From contig CM022671.1 of assembly GCA_012295275.1 (NCBI GenBank), positions 8,804,001 through 8,868,000 of the forward strand: a DNA stretch of 64,000 bases. The letters run 5' to 3'. The notes beneath the pieces are model-generated. The model was not told the DNA's origin. It was given only the letters and a program-made list of their open reading frames with translations, and ran no database searches. This stretch comes from Chrysomallon squamiferum. Its lineage: Eukaryota; Animalia; Mollusca. Made by a program: the position numbers and the translations under genes. Positions 12,323 to 26,499 of the stretch are shown here, in pieces. The first letter of the stretch is position 1; each line of letters starts with the position of its first letter.

Positions 12323-13854
12323 CTAGAATAATTTAATCAGTTATTGAACACCTATCTATCTGTTCATCAATCAGATTATTTATTCATATACCCAACCATC
12401 CAGTTCAGTGAAGAGACAAAATAACTCATATGTCAAGTACTACGTACAAAGAGAATGCTGTACATAATAAAATTACTCGTGTGTGTGTGTGTGTGTGTGT
12501 GTGTGCACATGAATGTGCTTATGTGTGTTAATGCTTTCATGTACATAACACACACAGACACACACATAATTAAAAAAAAAAAAAAGACCTCACCTGGCTC
12601 TTTATAACAAATGAAGCATGTTAAATAGTTTTCCAGCTGTCAGATATTGGAAGTGAAGCATTTGATTTTGATTCACAATTTTAGCATGTTAATTAATTTG
12701 CAAATAAATTCCATTCCCTTAATGCACTGCTCATCAAAAACCTTCATTTACAATATGTAATTTAGTAATTGATTTTTGAATTTTTTTATTCTCTTTCCTA
12801 TGTTTGTGATTTTTAAGAAATGCAAGGTAATGCTAAAAGCTTTATAATCTATTCAAATCAGCCTTCTGTGGAAGTCATCACAAAAAAAAACAAACAAAAA
12901 AAAAAACAAGAAGAAAAAAGACATTTTTTTTAAAAAGAATCTTCTGTCATATCAAATATCTGATGTAGATGATATTTTTAGTCTTTTTTTTTTTTACAAT
13001 AACAAACCTTGTTTCCAAAATGGTATTAACTTAGCTGGTTAAATTTCAGTACTTAAAATATAACTGCTCTAATATATATTCTGTATTATTAATTTTTAAA
13101 TGGTGTCATTCTTTCCTAATAATGAAGTATGACTTCAACCTAATAATGTACATAGATCAGACATTTTTTTGTTTTTTGTTACATTTCATACAGAGGAGAT
13201 GGTTTGTATTTTCATTTCAGATTCCATTCAGGTAAATCTAAACAATAGCCCATCAGATGAAACCTGTGAACTTATTTTTTCATTATATATCTGGTCCTTA
13301 AGCATAAAGCATGATGCTGTATAATTAATAGAAGATTAAAAACCTGTCAAAATCATTATTATATCAAATGCATCCTCATTTCTTCATTGTGATCAAATAT
13401 TTAGGATGTTGTGGATACAAGAATCATTATAAATTTACATTAATATTGTGTATTTCACTGTGTGGTCACTGAAATTCTAAAACAGACTGGAATGGGACAG
13501 AGCTACTATAATACAGAATTCTCTAATTATCTCAGTGCCAGTGCTTTTCATCTCTCTGCCCAGACAAACATGTCTAAACCCTGTAATGAAAACAAACTGA
13601 ACTGAATGGTAGCAGTGTTGGTGGAATCTTTCAATATAATGGTGAAAGCTTCTCTGTGTTGTAGAGGGTCGTTTGTTATTAGCATTTGTGATAATCAGAA
13701 ATCACAACATCGAATAATCAGATGGATGATTCCAGAGTTGGAGTTTCAGTATGAAATACTAGTTTCTGAAAGCCAGTGACAGCAACATATAATAAAAACA
13801 AACAAGTTTAGAATATAACTTGTATTTACCATTCTGAACAGTGCATTTGAAAAG

Positions 13855-13975
13855 TTACTAACAATGTATGGCATGGTTTCCTACCTACAGGAAGGTACAT
13901 ATTAAATATTCTCTTGCTGATGATGGTAAAAATGTATCAGGTTTCCTCTAAATGTCACACCATTTAACACATTAT
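13855..13975 (+). mobile_element. Decayed family A fragment (opposite orientation)
   Basis: aggaaggtacatattaaatattctcttgctg...caggtttcctct resembles the reverse complement of the family A core motifs. Confidence 0.35.
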
Positions 13976-15424
13976 AGTAGAAAATGAATCAGTGAAAACT
14001 ATCAATTAAGTATTCAATATCTCAGTTATAAAAAGATGAAACACTAACACACACACACACAACAGACACACACATAGGCATACAAAGAATAAAGTGCTCC
14101 TGATCTTTGATATTTGGTTTCATTTCACAAAACAGTTTCCTTGAAAAATAAACATAAAAAGAAAAATATTGTTAATAATAGAAACCATTACATAATTCTC
14201 ATCATTTTGTACTGGAAACAAGCTGAAACTTCATTAAACCATCATTCATTTCCATTTTTAAATATCTGTAGGAGTTCAGCATGCTGTAATATGTAAGGTT
14301 TTTTTGGCAGAGTTGTCTTTGCAGTTAGCAGCAGAGTGGCTTGCAGAGAACCCATTTTAGTTCTCGTATGGACATAACTCACAGGAGGAAGCCAGGCTCT
14401 AATTGAAATGGACAGAGCAGCATCTGCTAAAAAACTCTTCACTCTTTGCCTCTTGTCTGTTTTTATTATGTTGTTCAGGCTTTCACTGTTCGTAATGCAA
14501 GTGAAAGATCAAGAGCTCTTGTTTTTTTTGTCCTCAGCTAAATGTCAGGTAGAGTTTGAAGTGAACCAAACAGAGCCATGTGCTTGGTGGCTGTTTGTAC
14601 ACTAAAGCTTTGGTTTTGATAGTGATAAAACTATATTATGTTTTCAAAGCCAGATGTCTTGTTACTGAAACTAAATGCAGTGTTTGTCTGTGGTTTTTGT
14701 AAGTATGTTTTACATGAGGATTGATCTAGATAACATCTCCAATGCCTTGTGTTATGTTCAAGCTTAAATGAAGTTAAAAAAGAGCAATGTTTTCCTTTGT
14801 TCTTATTTGTTGCATAGTAATTGGATTCAACCCATTTTATTAATGCAACAGTTGTTGTTTCTGTCTTTTTTAGTTTCATCAAAGGCCATATGTACAAAAC
14901 CATAAACAAAAAATGGGTGGAATATATTTTCAAATAAAATCATTTTTTTCTTTGCCTTCCTTTTTGTATTAAAGGAAAAGTATGAACTCTCTGTGTGTTC
15001 AGAAACAAATATCATGTACAGACTGGACCAAAGTAAAACATATTAGTTTTTCATTGTATGAAATCTATTTTGTTTTTCTTACAGTGAATGACAAATAAAG
15101 AAGTTTGAATGTCTCTCGAGTCAAATTACAATACTTGTGTATTTTTATTATGGTTGTATAGAGGTTTGGTTTTTATTGTGTAAATGAAAGATCAAGATGT
15201 GTTAATGTGTCCAGAGCAAAATGTCCTGTACAGACTGAACCAAACCAGAACGTTGTTGGTGACTGGGTTAATGTGGGAGGTTGTCAGATTAATAACTGCG
15301 TCTCAGATGCTTGCTGTGCTGACAGATTACTGACAGCAGTGTAAGAGTCTATACACTGTGTCTGTCCAGTATGTATGTTATATGACTTGAGTATGTTGTA
15401 CATTATTGAGCATGTGTACATAAG

Positions 15425-15462
15425 TCTGTATGTATGTATGTATGTATGTATACATGTGTATG

Positions 15463-15493
<31 letters not shown>

Positions 15494-15517
15494 GTGTGTG
15501 TGTGTATATATACATAT

Positions 15518-15572
<55 letters not shown>

Positions 15573-15605
15573 TGTATATACACACATGTGTGTAAATGTA
15601 TATAC
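15425..15605. repeat. Compound (TATG)/(TA)/(TG)/(CA) microsatellite
   Basis: Direct reading; quasi-palindromic arrangement. Confidence 0.9.
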
Positions 15606-16494
15606 TGTGTCTCTGTACAATATTGGCTATCTGAGCTAATGTTTAACACCTCATCTGTATTGTCACAACAGTTTGCCAAAAACATCTGAATACAATCACA
15701 AAAGCATCAAACTTTGTTTATTCATGTTCAATTAAGCAGTTATTGGCAAATAATTACCCAGGCTTAACTTCAGTAATGGGAAGTGGACATTACAGCAATA
15801 GACATACGGTTAAGGACTGTACAGATAATGAGAGAGAGAAAATGCTTTGCTGTGACATCAAAGGCTACTCTTTTCTTTTTCTATTTTCTTTCTTTGTGTG
15901 TGTGTGTATGTGTTATTCATTATTATTTTTTTATTATTATTTTTTTATATTATTTTATTTTTCAGTTTTTAACTGTATTATTATTGTTTGTTATGTGTAA
16001 TGGGGCACTGATTGAACTAAGACTGTGTGTAGCCCAGTATTGCATTCTACCAGTTGAAACAGAAAATGAAAATGAATGGGTTCAGGTTACTAGATGTAGA
16101 AGGTGTCACGATGAACTGGAATGCAGCCTGGCATGAACTGATTTGACTAGCTATTCGTGAAAAAAACCTTGAATTGTGTCCTTCCAGCTTCTTTCGTGAG
16201 TTCAGCTAGCACAGTTGTGAATCAATTTTAAATGAATTATTCAGCTGGTTTTATGGCACTGACCCAGAGAATTGTCTTCTACAATTAAATTTTATTTATT
16301 TATTTATTGATCTTTTTTGAAATTTAACTTATTATGAAAAATCGTGACAGGCAATTTGCAAGAACATTTGTTTGTGATATTTAACAACAATAAAAAATTT
16401 AAGCATACAGAAATTCAAGACTGTCATACAGAATTTTGAATAACAAATAATTCTAATATATTCAGGTAATGTAAACTATCAAAAAGAAATGCAA

Positions 16495-16690
16495 TCCACA
16501 GAGAAAAATGGAAACTGGCAACAGAAATGATGACACATTTGTGGGTGCCCATACATTTTTTAATCATGTGCAAATTCAGGGTATCAAAATATTGCAATCC
16601 ATACTGTGATGTAAACCGTCAACAAATTCTACTCCACAGAGAAATGCAACCTGCTAACAGAAATGATGACACATTTTGTGGGAGCCCACA
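16495..16690. repeat. Two diverged direct copies of about 55 bp
   Basis: tccacagaga...aacagaaatgatgacacattt(t)gtggg.gccca at about 16496 and 16633. Confidence 0.8.
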
Positions 16691-16884
16691 GTTTGGAATA
16701 TTTGTTACAACAACACATCACTGGAGCCTAAGGATACATAGAGCATTGTGTACACTGCAGTGAGAGATGGAGGATTATTTCATGAAAAATTACCATGTCA
16801 TTGATATATTGACCAGGTCTGTTAGTTTTATTGATAAGGCAGAACTTTCATTAATCAAATTTACTTGCAGGGAATGCTGTAGAA

Positions 16885-17275
16885 CTTTTCACAAACACTG
16901 CTCATAAAACTGGACTGCATATTAAAACAGTTTCCACAAAATAATACTCATAAAACTGGGCTGTATATTAAAACAGTTTCTGCAAATACAGTTCCACAAA
17001 ATTTAATTGACTGTATATTAAAACTGTTTCCATAAAAACTGTTATTAAAAAATTGGGCTGAATATTAAAACAATACTCACAAATACTCCTCATAAAAAAC
17101 AAACTTGGCTCTATATAAAATAGTTTTCACTGTTACCAAGAAACTGGGCTGTTTATTAAAACAGATTCCACAAATACAGTTATTAAAAAATTAGAATGAT
17201 TGTATATTAAAACTGTCTTCACAAACACTGTTATTAAAAAACTGGGCTGTATATTAAAACAGTTTCCATAAAACA
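16885..17275. repeat. Minisatellite, about 42 bp (AAAACTGGGCTGTATATTAAAACAGTTTCCACAAATACT)
   Basis: ctgtatattaaaac core recurs about nine times. Confidence 0.9.
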
Positions 17276-17499
17276 TTATCCAGTAGAAACTCTTGTATTA
17301 TTTTTTTTTTTTACACACTATAATTTGAGAAGCTGTATGGCTCAGTGTGTTATATTTCTAATATACACAGAGCTGGCAAGAGCAAGATAGTCATGTTTAA
17401 AAATATAAAACTGTTATTACAGCATTTTGAAGTTTAGACTGTTATTTTGGTGGGCAATGACATAAAGGCAGAAAGCTCCATAGATAAGTTATATCATCT

Positions 17500-17700
17500 T
17501 TACAACTGGGATTCTTTCAATAACAGCCAGGTATAAAATTATATTAGCTGTGGTATGTGCTAGCCTGTTTTCAAAAATATCTTAATATAAATAAAGTTAG
17601 TGGATTTTTTTCTCATATATGATAATTACAAAATTATATTATATGTATTAATCACTATTAGTATAAAATATGTTTGTTAAACAAATTTAAAATCATTTTG
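17500..17700 (+). mobile_element. Decayed family A fragment (opposite orientation)
   Basis: gctgtggtatgtgctagcctg is near the reverse complement of the gacagcacataccac motif seen at about 55857. Confidence 0.35.
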
Positions 17701-18584
17701 TTTTTAAATCGTACATATATATTGAGATTTCTTAATAACTGCTATTTAAAAATATTAAAAATAGAAAATGGTATAACAGACACTTTTAGTGTAACAGTTT
17801 TAGTATTAAATTGTTTGTTCTAAATTTATTGTGATCATTTTCAAATTTATAACATAATATCTTACAAGTGATTTAAAATTATTCTTTTTCACTGATAAGA
17901 GAAAACCCCTAAGAAAATAATATATATATAGATAGATAGATTATAAAAAAACACAAAAAACAAAACAAAACAACAGCAAAATAATAATAATAATAATAAA
18001 TATACAATATTTTAAAAAAAAAACATAAAACAATGTGGAAACACAATATGAAATAATTGTTAAAAGATTTTCAGGCAACCACACATAAAATTACGATTTT
18101 TGTGTAAAGTTTAGAACAAGTCAAAATCAACTTCTGCAAAGATGCAATCAAAGAAATTTTTAAACTGAACTTCAGTATTTCATAAAATCATTACACATCT
18201 CTTGCTGTTGCTATAGAGAAACCAGATCAAAAGAAAATGATGCTGGAATCATACCGGACTGATTTATAAAACTGGTAGTTCTCACCATTGAAAAAACAAT
18301 ATAAAAAGATTTATAATATTGCCCTGGGACAGCATTAAACACTCTGTTTTCTTCTGCTTTGAGATGAAACCCAAATTATTAAAAAGATTTAGTTTACATT
18401 AATCTTCAAAGTTACAGCAACTGTTTTCCCAGCTTTCTTTACAGCTTTCAGTACTGAAGTTGGTGAACCTTTGAATCTGCATCTTTTAGTTTTCATTGGA
18501 TTTGCTATTTCATTTATAAATTCAAGTCTTTTATATCCAGATGTAAAATATGTTAAATGGACACAAGCTTTTTAAATTAAATAT

Positions 18585-18855
18585 TGACCTAAGCTTTTGA
18601 ATATGACTGCTGTCTAACTTGACCTTACTTTTTAAAGATGACCTTATCTGATTTGACCTCAGCCATGTAAAGATGACCCTGTAAAGATGACCCTGTCAGT
18701 CACTGAAGATGACCCTGTTTGACTTGACCTCTGTCATTTAAAGCTGATCCTCTTTTACTTCAATGTAGCCATTCAAAATGACCATTATCACTTGACCTCA
18801 GCCAGGTAAAGATGAACATAAATGACTTATTTAAAAATGGCCTTGTGTGACTTAA
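18585..18855. repeat. Diverged minisatellite, about 37-40 bp, rich in TGACC(T/C)
   Basis: aaagatgacc...ttgacct unit repeated. Confidence 0.8.
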
Positions 18856-18964
18856 TTTCTTCAGCTTTGATTACAGTTTAAGATTTTTGGCTGTTGAAAT
18901 GTAAAGCTGGGGTTTTGGCTATTGAAGTTGATACTGGATAATTTCAGGGTTTTTTTAATAATTT

Positions 18965-19230
18965 TTATTTAACATAATCTCTAAAGCACATTTATTTTCT
19001 TTAACCAGCAACTTGGAGCCAAATGTTTTGTATTTTTGTCCTCAAAGAAATTATTAAATATTTTAATTCCAACAGCAAGGGATCATGTTATGCACCTGTT
19101 GAACGTGAAGCACATTTTATGACATTCAGTAATTTGTAATTCATCATGCTAGGAATAGGAAACTATTCAGCCTGTGCAATGAAGAGGTTTGATCCTGAAA
19201 CCAAACACATCTCAGGCTTGTACATATAAC
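18965..19230 (-). mobile_element. Decayed SINE-like repeat, family A
   Basis: tttatttaac, acagcaagggatcatgttatgcac, ggaataggaaa, gaagaggtttgatcctg, catctcaggc; colinear with 135-440. Confidence 0.55.
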
Positions 19231-22200
19231 TGTTCAACAGATCCATTTGTAGGAAAATATTATATATATTAAGTAAATAACTGATTTTTCTTTCTTACTT
19301 TTTTGTTGAGAAATTCGGTTAATAAAATATCAATATATTGCAAATTTTTTGTATCTGTTTTGCAAAATGATATTTTTTTTAAAAGGTTTCCTGAAGAAAA
19401 AAAGAAAGTGTGCTACATGAAATTTTTTAAAAGGAAAGAATGTCTGAAATTTTTATGATTATGGAAATCAATATTTTTTTTCTGTTGTAAATTATAAATG
19501 ATTGTAAAGCAATTTGTGGGTGTGTGTTCCTTTTTTATATAGAGAGAGAGTCAAAGAGAGAGAGAGAGAGAGACAGAGAAAGAGATTACTAGAATTTAGA
19601 CAAATTATTTGGAAAGTATGTAATATATCTTAAAACAGGAAGTAAATTATAATACAGTTGTATTGATCCAGACAAGATAATAATAATGATGATAATAATG
19701 ACAAAAATAATTATCATAATGATGACAAAGGTTTGCCTCCTAGTAAATGTAGATAATTTCTCATTCTCTTTTACTGAGCCATATTTAGAATTTTCACAGA
19801 CTTTAGATGTCATGGCTCTAGGCGTTTTCATAGTTTGCCCATTGAGAAGTTCTGTCTGTTATTGGCAGTGATTAAAATATTTATATCCCTTTCAAGTAGG
19901 ATCAGTTACTTGAAACAATAATGTTTTTATTTTCGAGTTCTTTGATAATCTGACAATCTGTAATCATACAGAAAATTCTGCATTGCATGTCGAGAACAAC
20001 CCTCTTGATTACAAGCCCAGAACAGAAGTGGATAGAAAGCAAACATTAAGATGTTAAATGAACCAGTCTGTTGTGGCATACTTCACTAGTGTTTTACCTG
20101 CCAGTGATAAACCTGTTTGTTTTGTTTGTTTTCTGTGACTTCTTCCATGTTGTCATCCAGGACACATCCTGTCACAGAAACATCTCTTGTTCTCTATTGA
20201 TCTTGTGACCTTCGTCGTGCAATCTGAATAATGTCTAATCTCTGACAAGTCATCAATTCTCAGAACAGTTGCTCTTTTGAAACGAAAAAAAAAAAGTAGA
20301 TTCAGAAAAATATCTGTGAAAAAAACAAACAAACAAAAAATGTAATTAAATTGTGTCATGGTGAGCAATTCTAACCACTGAGTTATCAGAACATCGATGA
20401 TCATCATCTGTGTTCTGTTGTGTTACCCTTTTTTGGTGTTCAGTTTTTTCTTTTCTTTTTAAAGTTATTTTTTATAAAAATAAAATAATTGTTAGGTTCT
20501 GAAAGCAACAAATAATTTGGATTTATCAGATTTATAAATGATAAAAATAGAATTTTGCTGAGGAAAACTATTTTTCAAATACAATTTTCTCTAATGTTCA
20601 GTTAAATCATTGAAATTTGTAATTTAAAAATAAAAAAATGGTGAAAGAAATTGTAATATAATCAAATATTTATTTGTTTAAATTTAATTTATTATTTTTA
20701 AAATGTCATTTTAAACATATGTGAGATTAACTATTATTTTAATTAATTTATCAGTATCATGTCAGGTGTGACCTGAATATTTAAATATACGACTCTGGTG
20801 TTATTAATATCATCAATGAACTATACAGCAAGGTGATTTCTGTATTTGTTTTATATGTGAATGTTCTGTTTTTATGCTGAAGATTGGTTTATGTTTTGTT
20901 GTCCTTCCACATAATGAATGAGTTTAATAACATATTGGTGTCTGGTGTGACCTAAGTCTTTTGTGTGTTCGTAGTTCAAGTGTAATCTGGGTGTTATGTA
21001 TAAACATCTCTAATGTGATTTCAGCGTTATATAATAAATGATCCTCTTGTATGATCTGCATTTTATATGTGTCTTGTATTTTTTAAAAATCATCCACAGA
21101 TTTAAAATATATTTCATCCAACATGTGAGCACTCAGTGCATTTTCCTTTTTATTAAATTTTGGAATTGTTGATCCAGTATACGTCTAGAGTGCTGTCATA
21201 CACTGAGTCATTTATTTCTGTTTCTTGATAAATAACTGGAGGTTGGTTGGTCCACATTTTTATCAATATTGAACAGTGGACAACAGTATTACTACACTTT
21301 CTGAGCAAACATGTCAACGAGGTTAGTACTAAATAACATTTAAATCATAAAATCAATGTTTCATCTGGTTTGTACTCAAAAATGCAATATTTCCAATGGC
21401 CTTATTTTTACCAATACCATTTCATCCTCTTCTATTTTTTTCTTTTTTTTCAATATTTTTTTGCTCTTGTAGATTCAGGGTGTTATTTTGCAGCTCTGAT
21501 CCTGTCAGAGAAACAGACCTTACTTTATTACTATTGATTCAAGCATGAAGTCATGCAATATCAGATGTCTGGTCTTTGTCAAGTTTGGCCTTATGCATAC
21601 TCGGACTGCTAGGAATTAAAGACTTGATGCAAATGGAAAAAAAAAATCCAACAACATTTGTAAAAAGGGTCATAATTCAATTGTATAGCTTTTCCCATTT
21701 TCAGATATTTGTTTTTTTTTTAATCCTCTGATGTATTCAGATGAAGTAGAATCATTTTTTTGGTTTTTTAATAATGTAAAAAAAAATTAAACAATTTGTT
21801 TCTGTTATTTTTTCATGTGTTGATCATGATGACAAGAAAGTAAAATGTTAGTTTTTTTTTTTAAATAATAAAGTTTTATTTAGGTTTTTATTGTTTAGTT
21901 TTCTGCACTGATCTTATCTGTGAGTTAAAAAGTTCATGTAAGAACTTTTTCTTTTTCCAAGTTTCCATCATTCAGTAGAGTTCAAAATAAGCTGCTATTT
22001 GAAAGCTGGGTAAGTTAATATATGTATTTTAATGGTTTAAAACACACTTTCATCTTGGGTTTTTTGAAGCATACTTAGTTTTTGGGTGTATGCAAGTGCA
22101 TCATGCAATATCCAACAAATTTCATTGATACATTACATCTCACACGAAGATGACAAAAAGAATAGAAGAAAGTTTTTAAGTTATGTAACATGATTCAAGC

Positions 22201-23266
22201 TTGCAGAGATGATCATTCTTCACATTCCCAGTAGCCAGTCATTAAAAAAAAAATAGTTCATGGCCAATGGGCAGGATTAAGGTAAACATTAAAATGTTAT
22301 CTTTTATTATCTGTCTTGGATTCAGTGCTGTAATTGTATATGAAGCTGCTGGCTGCTCTTGCCTGCAGCATGAAAAACATAATAAGTTTTTTAAAAAACA
22401 TATCTCCTGACAGAAAATGCTTTGACAAGGTATCACTGATAGAATCATGCAGACTTTTTAGTTTTAAAAAACAAATACCAGCTTTAGGAACACACACACA
22501 CACACACTCACACTCCATTCATAAATGTATATATAATGCAGTATTAAAGGCATTTTGTTTTTAAAAAAACATACCAAACAACTTTTTTTTTAAATAACAT
22601 ATCTTTGTATACGTAACCTCAAATGAGCAGAAGACATCTTGCCAATATATTACTGATGTTATCTTGAAGATGTTTTAGAGTTTTAGAAGAAGAAAAAAAT
22701 TGAGAATCATTGCTTCATCATTTTATCACTGAGAAAATTGACTCTACAGCAGTCCTCCAAGACTAATAATCCAAATCAGCTTTTTTCTCCCTGGATCTCA
22801 ATGACTTGCGGAAACCATTGCCCTGCTGCTGTTATGACACCTCATTTGGATGGCTGTATTATGGGAGGCAGGTCTTGCTATAATTTGCTCATTGCCTGAC
22901 ACTGAATTGCCACAAAAGACCTGAAGCCACAGGTCTGAGAGACTTTACAAACTGACACTTGATCATGTCTTTGGCAGTAATATAAGTGGGTCCTATCTCA
23001 GTGACTGAATTCAGACCTCAGGCATGAGAGGTCGTGGGATCAGTTCACTCCAGTTAACTGATTGTGTTATTTCCTAGTTCAGCTGTTGTCTAGAAATCAG
23101 AATGCGTGTATCAACACTGTTGTATTGGAACTGTCAATGTTGGGCAAATATTTGTGAAGTGCAAGTACATATGTCACGAGCAAAATGACCTCTTTTGATA
23201 TTTAATAGCTAGATTTAGTGAAAATTGCTTTAGGGATTTGAAATTTGGTCGTTTGTATGTATATTA

Positions 23267-23304
<38 letters not shown>

Positions 23305-23899
23305 AAAAATTATATATATATATATATAATTTTTTTTTTTACATTTTTTAAATTATTATTGATGTAAATTTCACCACATTTTAGTTGACATCATAAATAA
23401 TTACAATGTCTTAGGTGTAAAATAATTATTATATCACTAATTGTACACTCCCATGTTTAGAAAAGTAGAAGAATCAATTTTATTACTTTTCACAGAATTT
23501 TGTTTCAATCAAAACACTGTTAAATATTTCTTGCACTTGAATTCATACATTGTATTATTAGTCATTGTGGAAAGTGTCTCATCCAGAAAAAAAAAAGTAA
23601 AAAAAAATCAATTGTCTTTGTTAGATGTGAAATATTAAATTATTAATGAGTAAAGCAAGTAGAACTTTGTACTGAGGACTCCAAATGCACTTAAATCTTT
23701 CAGTCTTTACTGCTGCAAAACCTGATTTTTCACAAAACACTAAATCTGAATTATTCTTTTTAAAACTCAGTGCTTCAGCTAAGCCATAATTACCAGCTTA
23801 TTTTAATCCAATTTTGGGTTTTAAAATCACAATGTTTTTGGCCCCTGATCAAAAGTTCAGCTCTGTAAATAAATTTAAAAAAAGTTAAAATATTAAAAA

Positions 23900-24045
23900 A
23901 AAATAAAAATAAAAATAAAAATAAAAATAAAAATAAAAATAAAAATAAAAATAAAAATAAAAATAAAATAAAATAATAACAAATAAATAAGTAGTAAATA
24001 AATAAGTAAGTAAGTAAGTAAGTAAGTAAATAAATAAATAAATAT
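23900..24045. repeat. (TAAAAA)n plus (TAAG)/(TAAA)n
   Basis: Direct reading. Confidence 0.9.
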
Positions 24046-25159
24046 GAATCATTTAATTTGTACATATTTTTATAAATATTTTTTCAAAGAGTTAACGCTA
24101 AAATATAATATAAACATTTAGTACTACTACTATTGTCACTATTACTACTCCTGCTACTACCACTACTACATCTGTTTCTCCTAATAGTACTATTAATGAT
24201 GATGATGATGACGAGAAATATACGTCAGTTCTCAAACAAACAACTTTATCATTCAACAGCATGGCTTAAAGGATACTTTCAATTTTTGTTTCATTTATTA
24301 TTATTATTATTATTAAAAAGAATATTTAAGAAAATAATTACAGAAGATAAATATCTTTGTCCTGTATAGAGTCCAGGGTGAGCTGTCTATTATGTATCAC
24401 CATTTGGAATTACAATTAAATCAATTACTGCAAGTGGTTATAATATGGACTTTGATTACACCCACTTAGTATCCATGGTGTTGACCCAGTTCATGCAATC
24501 TACGAAATGAATATTCATGTTAATATTTCTCAAGCTGGACATATTAATAAATGATGAATTGCCTAATGGATGTTTATTTAAGGAATCCATTTTTTTTTTT
24601 TTGCTTTAAGCTGACCAACATCCGTTAAAAGGAATATGACCTCCAATATTACAGAAATTATTCAGTACTGCACACTATACCACTACTAGTAATGTTAGAG
24701 GATTCTGTTACTTTCTCAACTTCCACTGCTATCAATACTGCTACTGCTCCAGTGCTACTTCTGCTGCCTGTAGCTATATGAACAACTACTTGTTCTATTT
24801 TCGCTACAACAACTTTTACTACCATTACTTCTTTTACTACTACTACTACTGTTTATACTATTATTATTGCTTTTACTATTACCACTGGAGTTACTATTAT
24901 TACTGCTATTACTAATATTACTATTAATTCAAGTGCACTACTCCTTCATCTTTCATTCATACCATATCAACAACCACTTCAAACATTATTACCATTAATA
25001 TTACCACTATGATATTACCACAGTTACTATTTTTGTTATTTTTTCTTATTCTCTTTCCTGTACTGGGTTGAAAATTATTTCTATAATCTCATTATCCTAG
25101 AAAATAATATGACAGTTCCTGCAGTTGACATTTAATAAGGAGATAACATTCTTTGTATT

Positions 25160-25525
25160 GTAATAATAACTACCTCTGTCAAGAATATTATCACTAATAA
25201 TAACTACCTCTGTCAAGAATATTATCACTAATAATAATTACCTCTATCAAGAATATTATCACTAATAATAACTACCTCTATCAAGAATATAATCACTAAT
25301 AGTAATTATCTCTATCAAGAATATTATCACTAATAATAATTACTTCTAATAATAAGAATCAAGAAAATTATCACTAATAATAATTACTCTTTAATTATCA
25401 CTAATTAATTACCTTATCAAGAAAATTATCACTAATAATAATTACTTCTATTAAGAAAATTATCACTAATAATAATTATCACTATCAAGAAAATTATCAC
25501 TAATAATAATTACATCTATTAAGAA
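25160..25525. repeat. Minisatellite, about 34 bp (TAATAATAACTACCTCTATCAAGAATATTATCAC)
   Basis: About ten units visible. Confidence 0.9.
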
Positions 25526-25599
25526 AAATGCCACCTGTCAGAAGATTTCACAGACATTATACAATCCACTGAATGGTAACCAGAATATTTTTGCACTTG

Positions 25600-26170
25600 T
25601 AAACATCCACAATAAAATGTGAGTTCTATTTACATAATACATCATTCTGTATGTATGTATGTATGTATACATTCTATTTATATATACAATTTCTGTTTAC
25701 ATATACTGTTCATTTTACATGTACAGTGTTCTTTTTATAAAAATTATTTATAAATTCTGATTACATATAGAATGTTCTTGACAAATGTATCATAAATCAA
25801 AATGAGCGATATTTGCATAATATGGTGTTATTTATATGTACAGCAATCTGTTTACATGTACACTGTTCTGTTTGATTCACTTTTCAGTTTACATGTTCAA
25901 TGTTCTGTTTATAAAAATAAGCTATAAGTTCTGTTTACATAAAATACTGTTCTTGAAAAATGAGCCATGAAAAAAAAAAAATTAAAAAATTAGTTCTATT
26001 TCCATTTATTATAATACTTTACTATATTTAAATAAACAAAGTTCTTCAAAAAGGTATCCATAATGAAGTGCTTTCTGTTTGCATTCTTTGTTTTCTTTCT
26101 TTTATTTTAGTGATTGAAAAAACACAGGAATTCACCAAAAAACATTCTGCTCTATTTTCATAATACAATT
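25600..26170. repeat. Diverged repeat with TTCT(A/G)TTTACAT core
   Basis: Recurrent ttctgtttacat and tgttcttga.aaa motifs. Confidence 0.6.
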
Positions 26171-26499
26171 TTCTTGATAAATCATTTATCTGTAATAAAT
26201 TGTGAGCTCTAGTACGCTAGGCAATATCTTTTTTGTATTTCTGTTCCTAGCTTGTTAACACAAAAAGCTTTTGAAAAATTAATGTATGTGTTACAGACTT
26301 TTCTTTCTCATAACACCGAGGACAGTTAAATTATTTACATGGACATACGCTAACACACACACAGAATACAAATGTCTTACAACATGACACAGAAAGGATG
26401 TGAATTCCTGGTACAATTTAAATAGATTCACCCATTTTCTTTTTTCTTTTTTTAAAATATCTTTCTGATACAATGACACAGTATCTTACAGTATTAAAT

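Noticed and set aside
14408-14605. ORF MDRAASAKKLFTLCLLSVFIMLF..., signal-peptide-like, as an alternative first exon
   Set aside because: No phase-2 donor to join exon 2; much of it is a diverged local duplicate of about 15140-15280; hydrophobicity reflects T-richness.
25160-25525. Regular repeats of CRISPR-like length
   Set aside because: Head-to-tail units without unique spacers, no cas genes, eukaryotic context.
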